From Narcine bancroftii (taxonomy: Eukaryota), in contig NC_091475.1 of NCBI RefSeq assembly GCF_036971445.1, positions 33,790,001 to 33,854,000 on the forward strand: 64,000 nucleotides of DNA. Direction: 5' to 3'. The translations under genes and the position numbers were made by a program. The notes below the pieces were generated by a model. That model searched no databases and was not told the origin of the DNA. It saw only the letters and a program-made list of their open reading frames with translations. Shown here piece by piece: positions 39,300-50,961 of the stretch (the first letter of the stretch is position 1; each line of letters starts with the position of its first letter).

Positions 39300-39763
39300 C
39301 TGGTACTTGTGTTCCCATAAATACTGTAGTGTTATTTCCTCAGTTAGGTTGGTTTCGCAGAGCCTGGATCTAAATATCCTTTGAAACATTTGGATGAGGT
39401 ATTGATGGTTTGAATCTTCCATTGCATAATAGTGATTGAAATCCAGAAAGATCACTTCCTTGCTGTATGATTTCAAAAAATTGTTAATTTCTATCAGTCC
39501 ATCGTAAACTCTACTACCAAACAACCCATGGATGAAATAAGGCTCATCTCCTTCTCCCGGTTTACTGGAGACTCGAAGGTCAAAATAGCGTATGCCAACT
39601 TCCAGCTGCTCTCTGAACGTTAACCTTTGTGTCACAGACCATTTCTTTATCAACATCTTTGTTAGAGAACTGGAAAGTGCAGCTAGTTGCCTGACCATGA
39701 TGGGTTGATCACATCCAACTGGGGACTTCTCATCGATCAAAAAGCTGAAGGAGTTATGAGATC
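39300..39763 (-). CDS. PLCXD2: PLCXD2 exon 2, PI-PLC X-domain core (GSHNSF...KKWSVTQRLTFREQLEVGIRYFDLRVSSKPG...FIHGLFG...FLDFNH...KYQ)
   Basis: 464 nt, ctcag acceptor, gtcggt donor. KKWSVTQ.LTFREQLE.GIRYFDLRVSSKPG is PLCXD2-type rather than PLCXD3-type. Confidence 0.95.
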
Positions 39764-40437
39764 CTGAGAAGGAAACAAGGAAAATGTGCACAGTTTGTTC
39801 ATTCTTCGAACACGACACATACCCGCATCTTAAATTTTGTTAACATGTGTGGACGAGCATCAAAGCTTTCTTGTCACATTGAGTGAAAAAAAAACCTCAG
39901 CACATTGGCAAAGGGGAAGGTTTAGCAAGAACCTTGCAGAAAGTTGCACAACAGAGTCCTGCTTAGTCAGAGTAATAGAGGATATTGAGAACCAGATAAT
40001 TTTGTAGCAAGAAAACAGGCTCCTCTGTCCAACTTGCCCATATCAACTAAGATGTTTAAGTGAGCTAGTCCCATTTGGCGCCATTCAGTTAATATCCCGT
40101 TAAACCTTTTCTAGCCATGTCTGTCTCAAAGTCTTTTAAATATTATAATACCCACCTCCACTATTTCCTCTCGCAGCTCGTTTAACATACCTATTACATT
40201 CTGTATGAAAAAAGTCTCTTTTAAATCATTCCCCTCTCACTTTAAGATCTATGCTCCCTAGTTTTAGACTCCTTTACCCTGGGGAAAAGAAGATGACTAA
40301 TTACTTTGAAACTTAGAGCCAAACAACATGGAAACAGGCCCTTCAGGGCAACTCGTCCATGCCAAATAAGTTGGCATTCTGGGCGAGTCTCATTTGCTTG
40401 GATTGGGTTTGTATCTTTTTAAAGTTTATTCTTCTAA

Positions 40438-40809
40438 CAGTGGTTTTCAAATGTTTTCTTTCCACCTGCATACCACCTTAAGTAACCCCTTACACAGAGC
40501 ACCTGTGGCATAGGGATTATTAGTTAAGGTGATATGTGAGTGGAAAGAAAAAAGTTGAGAACCACTCTTTTAATCATGCCTAATTGACTGGTTATGTGCA
40601 CGGTTTCATAACTCCAAAGGAAATGGGCCAATGACAATTTTTCTCAGCAAAATATATCAGTAACAATTGGATCTAGAGCAGTGATTCTAAACCTTCTCTT
40701 CCCACTCACATTCCACCTGAAGCAATCCTTTACTAATCACAGAGCAACGATGGCATAGGGATTACTTAAGGTGGTATGTGAGTAGAAAGAAAAAGTTTGA
40801 AAACATCTG
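40438..40809. mobile_element. Second copy of the hAT MITE, inverted relative to 16295-16658; partial third copy at ~52204-52277
   Basis: Collinear with the reverse complement of 16295-16658; degenerate TIRs. Confidence 0.8.
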
Positions 40810-42591
40810 TTCTAAACTCTTCCTATTCTCACGTCACTACATCTCCATGATTTAGAGAAGCCGACTATTGTTGGAAACGTTCTTATTGCACCCTGGACTT
40901 CAATCAAACAGAAACAAAACTGATACCTGTTGCAAATGAACTTTAAGGAATTAGAACAGAACACGAAATAACAGTAGATTTAGTATATGTCAAAACATAG
41001 GAATGTGAATTGTTGCTAACCTGCTGCTAAAGTACCCCTCCATGCCAGTTCAGATACACTCAAAACACTGACTTGCAATCTAAAGGCTCTCGTCAGACCA
41101 GATTGCTGGAAACTGACAGAGTCCAGAGAGCATGGCAATATGATCAGTTGTTTCCCCTTCACGAAAGAGTAATAGTTGTTGATTTTATCTTAAAGGGATT
41201 GATGTTTGCCAGCAAAAAAAGAGGTGGGTAAGAGAGACGCAAATGTTATTCCATGGTGTAGACATGTTAACTGCTGATTTAAGTAGCTGCAGTTACAATT
41301 TTATTTAATAATATTAATAACATTCTGGGACAAACAACAAATTGGTTTAACATTGGATTAGTGTAAATGGGTGGCTGATGGAGAGGACAGACTTAGTGGG
41401 TTAAAGGGACTCTCTCCATGCTAAATCACTCTATGTCTTTGATAAAGTTGTATTGAAGGTTGTACAGAGAAGGTTCACAGATGATCTTGGGGCTGAGGGC
41501 ATTGAGATCCTGAGGTTAATAAGTTGGGTGAAAAGAGATCCGGAGATGATCTTGTATAAGTGTAAATTCCAAGGGAGTCAAGAGGTTATATGAAGGTTGT
41601 GTTGAAGCCAAGAGCGGAGCAGCCATAATCTCATTGCATGGTGAGAGGTCCACCAACCCACTCCTGCACCTTCTCCTTTACACCTCCTCCAGGCAGATCA
41701 GATACAATCAGCAAGCTTCCATATCACGTCTCAACTTGCTTCCACATGGCTAGGTCTGTGTCACTCAGTCTCCATCCCAAGGTGTTCTCTTTGTCCCTCA
41801 CTTCATACTCAAAACCTGCTCGTTCTTGAACTTTTCTTACTTCTGATGGAAGGACAATGACCTGAGCAGGAATCCTTGTTGCTGTATGGATGGAGATCAA
41901 GAATCTGGTTGGGTGGTGCCAGAACAATTATCATGCTCTCAACATCACCAAGGAGTTTATTGTGGATTTTTGGAAGGTATTTTTCCAAGGGATCATGCAT
42001 CCATCCACATTAATAGGAAAGAGGTAGAAAGGGTATGAACTGGCACATTCCTGGGAGTCCATATTACAGAAGACCTTTCTTAAAGCAAGCACATTGAAGT
42101 GACCATGAAGGTGGCACACCAATATCTTAATTTTTGAAGAAGCTTGGGAAGAATTGACATGTTGCCAAATATGCTATTAAACTTCTACAGGTGCACTGTG
42201 AAAAGTATACAGACTAGATGCACGCCAGCCTGGTTTGGAAACTTGAGTGCCCAGGAACACAGAAGGTAACTAACATAGCCAGGTCCATCACAGGGCTCTG
42301 ACACCTCATTGATTGAATACAACCGAGGCACTGCCTCAAGAAAGCAGGCAATGTCATAAAGAACCCCATTACCCTGGTCATAACCTCTTCCCACTGCTAC
42401 CTGAAGGCAAAAGGTACATAATCTCGAAGACCAACACCTCTAGGTTCAAGAACAGTTTCTTTCCAAGAGCTATCAGGCTCTTGAACCTCACAGTACTCAC
42501 TCACTAACCACGATCTGTTCTGATACTGCAAAATGACCTGACTGAACTTTTGTAACACCACTTCTTTTTCTCTTGCAGTAACAGTAAATGT

Positions 42592-42777
42592 TACCTCACT
42601 GACAAAAGGCAAAGGAGGAAAAACCCAACACCCAACCCCAACCAACCAATTTTCCCCTGCAGCCGCTGCAACTGTGTCTGCCTGTCCCGCATCGGACTTG
42701 TCAGCCACAAACGAGCCTGCAGCTGACGTGGACTTTTACCCCCTCCATAAATCTTCGTCCGCGAAGCCAAGCCAAGC
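42592..42777 (+). mobile_element. Short 3' fragment of the same RTE family
   Basis: Nearly identical to the reverse complement of 49805-49990; 12-bp TSD AACAGTAAATGT (42580-42591 / 42778-42789). Confidence 0.9.
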
Positions 42778-43129
42778 AACAGTAAATGTGAAAATTTATT
42801 ATCTATCTTTTTAATATCTCCTGATTAGTAATGCCCAGTTTTATTTAAAATGACATACCTGTTTGGCTGCAGCAAGTAAAAATTTTGATGCATGTGTACA
42901 TTGCACACTGTAGATAAGAATAAACTCATTATTACTAAAGGTCAACATAGCATTTGCCTGTTTATCACTTGTACCTACATATTTACTGGCTGCATTTTAA
43001 TAACCAGGACAGGATCAAACAATGCCCAAATAATTCACTGGTTTCTCAACCATTTTTCAATTCTTTCCAATAAATTCCATCTGGAAATTTCAAAATGCAA
43101 CCCAATCCTGAAATAACTCATTCAAGAAA

Positions 43130-45385
43130 GTGACTCATGAAACCACGATCTCATGCACTATCTCTGACCTCACTTTCAGTTATCTCCCTCGCATAGCCTC
43201 CAACCTCAGCACTTCCCAGTTCAGACTGATTGTTTCCGCATGCTCCTGCCCCACTGAATTGGAATCCGCTTACCTTGATTCCATTTTGTCCCCCGTGGTC
43301 CAGTCTCTCCCCAGCTACATCAGAGATATTTCACATGGCCTCCATCACTTCAACAACTTCCAGTTCCCTGAATGTGACAGCCTCATTTTTACCTTGGCCA
43401 TCCAATCACTCTACACTTCCATTCCCCCTTTGTTTCTTTCTTGACAATTGACTCAACCAGTCCCCCTCCACCATCACCCTCAACCACCTGACAAAATTTG
43501 TCATCACTCAATAAGTTCTCCTTTGACTCATCCCACGTTCATCCCGCATGGGCCCCAGCTAAACCTGCCTTTTTGTTGGCTCTGTGAAGCAATCCATACT
43601 ACAAGCCGACAAAGGGAAGGCCCCCTCAAACTTTTCCTCTGCTACATCAATGACTACTTGTACTGCCTTATGCATCCATGATGAACTCACCAACATTATC
43701 CACTTTCCTGCCAACTTCTACCCTGACCTCATATTCATTTGATCTATCTCTAGCAACACTGTCTCCTTTCTCTTTCTCTCCACCTCCATCTCTAGAGACA
43801 AACTCATGATAGACATTTTCTACAAATCCACCAACTCCTACAGCTACACCTCTTCACACACTCTCCCCTGTAAAGATTCCATTCCTTTCCCTCAATTCCT
43901 CCATCTCCATCACATCTGCTCCCTGGATGAGATCTTCCTTGCCAGATCATTTGAGATGTCCTCCTTCTTCAATCAATGTGGCTTTCCCTCTACCACCATC
44001 AACTCAGCACTCACCAGCACATTCTCTATTATCTGTACATCTGCCCTGGTCTCCTCTATCTCCACACAAAAAGGACAGGATTCCTCTTGTCCTCACCTAC
44101 CACATCACCAGCTTCTGCATCGAACATATTATCCTCTGCTATTTCCGCCACCTACTATATAATCCCATCACCAGACACATCTTCCCTGCTCCTCTCCTCC
44201 TTCTGCAGGGACCACTCTCTCCATAACTCCTCATCCACTCCTCTCTTTCCACCAATCAGCCCCTTGGCACCTACCCTCCAGCTGCAGGAAATGCCACATT
44301 TGCACCCACACCTCCTCCCTCACCTCCATTTGGGGCCCCAAACAGTCCTTCCCAGTGAAGCAACATTTCACTTGTGAATCTGCAGGGATCATCTACTGCA
44401 TCCAGTGCTCCCGTTGTGGTCTCCTCTACATCGGAGCGTCTGGACATAGACTGAGAGATCACTTTGTTGAGCACCTCAGTTCTGACCATCGCTATAGCAG
44501 GAATCTCCCACTGGCTGCTGTTAGGTCTGCTTTGTTCATGAATGAGTGAGACAAACACCAGGCTGAGTCGAAATCAGGGTTCTTTGTTCTTTATTACCGG
44601 ATTGTAACACTTGCGACTAAACATGTTAGTCGGAGAATGCATTCTGCCGTTATCAGCAAAATGGTGATTTTTTATACCCTTGGATACATGCTTAGAACAT
44701 CATCATATCATTACTTGTCCAATGACTAAAACTGTTGCTATCCTTTCCCTGCTAGCTTCCTGCCTCTCAATCCATCAATGTCTCTCTTATCTTGTAAGTA
44801 CAAGGATGCATTCACATCTTGTTACAGCCCTGTACAGGGCAGGGTAACTCCTTACACATTCCCATCTCATGATGTTTTACCTTACACTGCCCATTTCAAT
44901 TCTCCAGCCCATTCCCTTGCCGACATGTCAGTGCTTAGTCTTATGGACTGCTAGATTGAGACCACCTGCAAATTGGAGGAACAACACCTCATCTTCTGTC
45001 TATGCACACTCCAACCAGATGGTATTAACATTGACTACTCCAGTTTCCGTTAGCCCCCCCCCAACCAATACCTTTTCTCTAGCTGTCTCACTCTCACCCT
45101 TTTTCCTTCTGTCTCCTTTCTCCCAGCTGTGCTTCCATAGAGCCCCAAACAACACTCCCTTTCCCTCAGTCAATCTCATCCTTTCGCTCTCCTGTATCCC
45201 ATTAACACCTTTTGTCTGTTGGTCTGTACTCCCCCTGCCCACTCTTCCCTCCCCATCCTTTTAATTCAGGTGCCTGCCTGCTTTTTACTCATACTTAGGC
45301 CTGGAACTTCAGTTACATATCTTCACCTGCGACAGACGCTGTGAGACCTGTTGAGTTTCTCCAGCATTTCTGTGTTTTTTTTTGT
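43130..45385 (+). mobile_element. Degenerate Penelope-like element (RT, GIY-YIG endonuclease, 3' repeat), interrupted by a solo LTR
   Basis: QSLYTSIP, LCYINDY, DIFYKSTNS...SSH..PCKDSIPF.QFL, FTCES.GIIYCIQCSRCGLLYIG...HF.EHL. Confidence 0.88.
44519..44886 (-). mobile_element. Solo LTR inserted into a Penelope element
   Basis: TGTTAGG...CCTTACA termini, 4-bp TSD CTGC, minus-strand TATAAAAA and AATAAA; Penelope sequence resumes after it. Confidence 0.82.
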
Positions 45386-46262
45386 TTGCACACACACAAA
45401 GTATCAGCTCAATCTCATTAATTTACAATGTTAAAACTGAAGCAGATGACACTGAAACTTGATAAATGGCCCCGAGCTACAATGCTATCAGAATATAGTA
45501 ATCAAGCAAATTGCTTCAAGAGTACTGAAGCATGTTTCACTCCATGCCCTTTCAATGAACAAACCTTAAAGTTCTGCTGATTATTTTAAAGCAAACAGCT
45601 GCTGTTTAATGACATGACTTGGTGTGGGATTTAGGCAATCATACTTCTAATCTGTTCTGATGAGATCAAGATCTGTAAAGAATACTTCCAAATGAAAAGG
45701 ATGTCAGAAATAAAGCAATTAAAAGTGTCATCCTCTTAGGTGGTGCCATTTCTATTTGCATTTACAACACTTAAACCTGTGCGGTAAACACCTGCGATGT
45801 TCATTTTAATGTGTTGATTCTTCAAAAAAAAAATGCAGACTGTTTGATAATTTAATACTGCTGTGGAGAATTGAGTCAAGAATCAATAAAGGAATTTGTT
45901 GAGATGATGTAATCCACAGATTTTCTTTCACTGACCAGAGACAAAAAAATGCTGAGAATCAAGCAAGCTACAGGGTGGATCTGCATGAGATAAAGACTGT
46001 AACACAAATCACTGAAGGTTAAAAAGACCAATAATAACAAGACAAAGCACCAGGGTTAGAACAGAACCGAAATGGAAGAGTGATGCTAAAATTGAATGGA
46101 ACAGTGGTTTGATCATTAGATGGCACTGTAGTGGTTTCCGTGTTTCACAGCAAGAAAGAGGCATTGAATAATGCATAAAGAATATGACCAAGATAATAAT
46201 ATAAATACAGAATGTGTTGGAGAAACTCGGAAGTTCTTGCAGCGTCCAGAGGAGACATAGGC

Positions 46263-46307
46263 TGTTTGTCTCACTCACATTCCCATCTCATGATGTTTTA
46301 CCTTACA
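46263..46307. mobile_element. 45-bp rearranged remnant of the 44519-44886 LTR family
   Basis: TG...CA ends, TSD AGGC. The last 30 nt are identical to 44857-44886 and the first 15 nt are the reverse complement of 44543-44557. Confidence 0.72.
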
Positions 46308-47246
46308 AGGCATACAACAGTTTCAGGCCCAAGCCCTTCATCAAGGTATGAGCAAAAAAACAAGCAGGCACCTAAATACAAAGGTGGGGATAGTAGGGAA
46401 GAAGGTGCAAAGAGAAGTGCATAGGGCAAAGCCCAAAACACTATAAATGGCCATAGATAAAAGGGCAGGAGGGAAAGGCGGAGAATTGATCAGGGGAGGG
46501 AGTAGCTCTGTGAATACAGAGCTGGAGGAAACAGGAAAGAGAGAAACAGGAGTGGGGGGGAGAAGAGAAGGGCACTAATGGAAACCAGAGAAGTTGATGT
46601 TAATGCCATCAGGTTAGAGGGTACCAAGATGGAATATGAAGTGTTGTTCCTCCAACTTGTGGGAGGTCTCAGTTTGGCAATGCATGAGACCATGGACAGA
46701 CATGTCATGATAGGAAAGGGGGTGAGAAATTGAAATGGGTTGGCACTATTACAGCAGAGTGAAGGTGCTCAACAAAGTGATCTCTCAATCTAAGTTCAGT
46801 CTCTCCAATGTAGAGGAGGTCACATCATCTACTGGATGCAGTAGATGACCCCTGCAGGTCACAAGTGAAGTACTGTTTCACTTGGAAGGACTGTTTGGGG
46901 CCCCGAATAGTGGTGAAGGAGGACATGTAGGGCCCAAGAGCAGCACTTACTGCATTCTCAGGGAAAGGTACCAAGGAGGAGATTGATAGGAAGGAAAGAG
47001 TGGACAAGGGAGATTCAGAGGGAGCTGTCCCTGTAGAAGGCAGGGAGGAGGAGAGGGCAATTTGCGTCTTTTGGCGGGATCACATTGTAGGTGGTGGAAA
47101 TTGAGGAAGAGGATATATTGGATGTGGAGGCTGGGAGGGTAGTAGGTGAGGACAAGGGGAATCCTGTTCTTGTTGCCTCTAGGCACAGAGAGGGCCAGGA
47201 CAGATATACAGGAAATGGAGAATATGCAGGTGAGGGCCGAGTTCAT

Positions 47247-48530
47247 GTCCCCTGATGATTCTCTACTGTCAGTATCCGAAGATGTGACATGCAGACTACT
47301 TTCAAAAGAGTGAATCCAAGGTACTCAGGTCCAGATGAAATACCCAGCTGAGTATTGAAAACCAGTGCTGACCAACTTGCCAATGTATTCATGGATATCT
47401 TGAACCTAAATGTCACTTTGACAGAGCGAAGTAGCTACCTGCTTGAAACAGGCTTTAATTGTATCGGTGCCCAGCAGGAGTGTGATAACCTGACTAAGAG
47501 ACTACCACCCAGTGGCACTCACATCCACAGTGATGAAATGTTTTAAGAGGTTGGTATTGAAGCATATCAGCTCCTGCCCGAGTGGTGACATGGATCCATT
47601 GCAATTCACCTACCTGAGCGACAGGTCTGCAGCAGATGCCATCTCACTGGTTCTACACAAAACAGTGGAATAGCTGGACAGTTAAGATACATTCATCAGG
47701 GTATTCTTTATTGACTGCATTTCAGCATTCAATACAGTCATCCCCTCAAAATTAATGGTGTACAAGCAATAACCTCTCGTCAAAACCAAGGAGCTGATTA
47801 TAGGCTTTAGGAAATGGGTGATAATGGGGACTCAGAGATGGAGAGAGTGAGCAAATTTAAATTCCTGTGAGTCAACATCTTGGAGGGCCTTTCCTGGATC
47901 CATCTTCAATGTTATCATCAAGAAAGCATTTCAATGCCTCTGTGTTCTCAGGAGTTTGCAAAGGTTCAGTATGTCAGAGGAAATCTTGGCAAACTTCTCA
48001 AGATGTGGAGTGGAAAGTATGCTGACCGGCTACATCATGGCCTGGCACAGGGGCATCAATACCGATGAGTGGAAAGCCCTGCAAAATGTCATGGACATAG
48101 CCCCATACATCACAGGATAAACTCTCCCTTTATCGAGAACAGCTACAGGGAACACTGCCATCGGAGAGCAGCAACAATCATCAAAGATCCACACCATCCA
48201 GGACATGCTCTATTCTCACTGCTGCCATCAGGTAAGAGGTAAAGGTGCCACAAGACTTGAACCATCTCGTTCAGGAACAGTTGTTGTCCCTCAACCAGAC
48301 TCCTAAACAATACTCAATTAGAGACTCATTTAAGCACTCTTACTTTTCTCATTACTTACTATTGAAATTTTTTTCTGTATTTTCTCTCTTTGTTTACAAA
48401 TTTCTTCTCAAGTTCAATTTACAGCTACCGACAAGTAGAAATTCTGCATGGCCCACAGGAAAAAGAATCTCAGGCTGTACACAACTCATGTGTAGTCTTG
48501 ATAATAAATTTGAACTTTTTGAACTTTGAG
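47247..48530 (+). mobile_element. Degenerate Rex1/Babar-type LINE fragment
   Basis: LKTSADQLANVFMDILNL, DYHPVALTSTVMKCF.RLV, FKFL, 3' tail aataaa(tttgaac)n. Confidence 0.75.
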
Positions 48531-48940
48531 TTGATGGGGGGGGGGGGGTGGAGGGAAGGAGGACAACTTGGATAATCTCACAAGGAAGACTCCAAGGAAC
48601 AGATGCGCCTGAGATGGAGGAATTGTGAGAATGGATTACAGGGAGAGTGCAGAGACTTTCAGTTGAGGTAACTGTTGGAGTTGGTGGATTTGTAGAAGAT
48701 GATGCCTCTCGATAAGTTTGTCTCCCGAGTTGAAGACAGAAAGATTGAGAAAGGGGAGAGCGTTATGAGAGATGGATCAAGGGAATTTGAGTTTGGGGTG
48801 GAAGTTGGAAACAAAAGATTGCAAGTTCAGCCTGGGTTCATGAACCAGCATTAATGTAATGGAGGAAGAGTTAAGTAGCCTTGCCTGTGTGCCAGCACGT
48901 TTACTACGATCACAGCGTCTGCACACATTCTTGTTCCACT

Positions 48941-49605
48941 TGTGAGAGATGAGTAAAACTAATATGAAAATATGTGTAATGAATAAAGCCAGTATGAATA
49001 GGATAAGGGTAGATAATAGAATGTAGGAAGTAAAGTTAGTCTGAATAAGATAAAGGTCTTCTAGCCTTAGAGAGAGTCAGCAAGTTCTGCATATGTAAGT
49101 AGTAAGCCTTACACTGACAAAAGGCAAAGGAGGAAAAACCCAACCCCAACCAACCAATTTTCCCCTGCAACCGTGTCTGCCTGTCCCGCATCGGACTTGT
49201 CAGCCACAAACGAGCCTGCAGCTGACGTTGACATTTACCCCCTCCATAAATCTTCGTCCATGAAGCCAAGCCAAGAGAGAGACAGAATTAGCAAGTTCTG
49301 CATATAAGAGTTAGTAAGCCCTGAGGGTTGGAAAGGTGTGAATAAGGACAAAGGCAGGTGAATAAGGACAATGACATGATGGGACACAGACAGAATATCC
49401 CCTGGTCCTCCAAGTTCACAGAAACAGCACATAAGCAGACAGGATTGCCTAATGCCAAACTCATCCAGGAGGCAGAAGAAGGTTAGGGGTGGGGGGTGGG
49501 GTGGAGGGTACCTCTACACTGAAATTAACTGTATAAAAGTTGGGTGAGCCCCAGTATGTGTGTGTGTCTCGAGCAATTTCTGTGAAGGTACTTCTGTTTC
49601 TCACA
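48941..49605 (+). mobile_element. Solo LTR
   Basis: TGTGAGA...TCTCACA termini, 4-bp TSD CACT confirmed against the empty site in the right arm, internal ~40-bp direct repeats, TATAAAA near 49532. Confidence 0.82.
49112..49273 (+). mobile_element. Short 3' fragment of the same RTE family nested inside a solo LTR
   Basis: Same 3' end (cactgacaaaaggcaaagg...gaagccaagccaa). Confidence 0.88.
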
Positions 49606-49801
49606 CACTCGTTTTGACCCAGATAATATCAGAACAGGCAAAGGTGGAACTTTATCCCCTACGAAACACAGAGGCCATTAAGAGTCATTCTAGTTTATCA
49701 ATCTGCTTAATTTGGCGTTCAGACATATAGAAGAGATCAACTGTTACAGGTGCATACAATATACCACAATACATATAGTAACAGCACAAAGTATCGAGTA
49801 T

Positions 49802-50616
49802 TCTTTGGCTTGGCTTCGCGGACGAAGATTTATGGAGGGGGTAAAAAGTCCACGTCAGCTGCAGGCTCGTTTGTGGCTGACAAGTCCGATGCGGGACAGG
49901 CAGACACGATTGCAGCGGTTGCAAGGGAAAATTGGTTGGTTGGGGTTTGGTGTTGGGTTTTTCCTCCTTTGCCTTTTGTCAGTGAGGTGGGCTCTGCGGT
50001 CTTCTTCAAAGGAGGTTGCTGCCCGCCAAACTGTGAGGCGCCAAGATGCACGGTTTGAGGCGTTATCAGCCCACTGGCGGTGGTCAATGTGGCAGGCACC
50101 AAGAGATTTCTTTAGGCAGTCCTTGTACCTTTTCTTTGGTGCACCTCTGTCACGGTGGCCAGTGGAGAGCTCGCCAAATAACACGATCTTGGGAAGGCGA
50201 TGGTCCTCCATTCTGGAGACGTGACCCATCCAGCGCAGCTGGATCTTCAGCAGCGTGGACTCGATGCTGTCGACCTCTGCCATCTCAAGTACTTTGACGT
50301 TAGGGGTGTAAGCGCTCCAATGGATGTTGAGGATGGAGCGGAGACAACGCTGGTGGAAGCGTTCTAGGAGCCGTAGGTGGTGCCGGTAGAGGACCCATGA
50401 TTCGGAGCCGAACAGGAGTGTGGGTATGACAACGGCTCTGTATACGCTTATCTTTGTGAGGTTTTTCAGTTGGTTGTTTTTCCAGACTCTTTTGTGTAGT
50501 CTTCCAAAGGCGCTATTTGCCTTGGCGAGTCTGTTGTCTATCTCATTGTCGATCCTTGCATCTGATGAAATGGTGCAGCCGAGATAGGTAAACTGGTTGA
50601 CCGTTTTGTGTATATC
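49802..50616 (-). mobile_element. Young 5'-truncated RTE-clade LINE (3' part of ORF, C-terminal Cys/His motif, short 3' UTR with GCCAA repeats)
   Basis: Stop-free for ~250 aa: FTYLG...RLAKANSAFGRL...VVIPTLLFGSESW...LRWMGHVSRM...CNRCNRVCLSRIGLVSHKRAC. Probable TSD AGTAT (49797-49801 / 50617-50621). Confidence 0.92.
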
Positions 50617-50825
50617 AGTATAATTATGGAGTAAATGTACGCAGAGAGAGGCAAGCACAATGCAAATACAATGGACCTACTGCGGCAATGCACGTAGATG
50701 TACACAGAGCTGGTGCCGAGAACACGAACAGTACAGTGCAGACGCAGAGAAAACAGTACACGGAACAAACCCAGACCACATTCCAATCCCCGAACCGCCG
50801 GAGACCGACTATGACAGAGGCTTAC

Positions 50826-50961
50826 CGGGCACGGCCAGGTTGGCGAGGGGCAGGGCACTGAGCGACTGCGGGAGGCTGCCCATCCATTCTGCGTGCGGTG
50901 GGCCCGGGCCGACTACCGGTTCCCGGAACGTTGCCCAGTCGTTCCCAGCCCTGGTCGTCAT
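50826..50961 (-). CDS. PLCXD2: PLCXD2 exon 1 (MTTRAGNDWATFREPVVGPGPPHAEWMGSLPQSLSALPLANLAVP-G)
   Basis: WM.SLP...LPL.NLA.PG motif of PLCXD N-termini. gtaag donor in phase 1 matching exon 2, in-frame TGA just upstream of the ATG. The four exons total 990 nt = 329 aa + stop. Confidence 0.92.

Larger units (their letters stand above)
46200..48860 (-). mobile_element. Second Penelope-like element, opposite orientation, split by a Rex1-type insertion at ~47247-48530
   Basis: NRIPLVLTYYP, GPKQSFQVKQYFTC and the same 3' repeat as 43130-45385. Confidence 0.82.
48790..50705. repeat. Left arm of a local inverted duplication, split by insertions into 48790-48940, 49606-49801 and 50617-50705
   Basis: Reverse complement of 52788-53241 once the LTR (48941-49605) and the RTE (49802-50616) are removed. 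Confidence 0.92.

Noticed and set aside
39764-39818. ORF-track start Met for PLCXD2 (MSCSKNEQ...)
   Set aside because: Intronic polypyrimidine tract; the true N-terminus is the exon at 50826-50961.
49855-50658. 267-aa ORF as a host gene
   Set aside because: RTE LINE 3' ORF fused by chance to flanking sequence.
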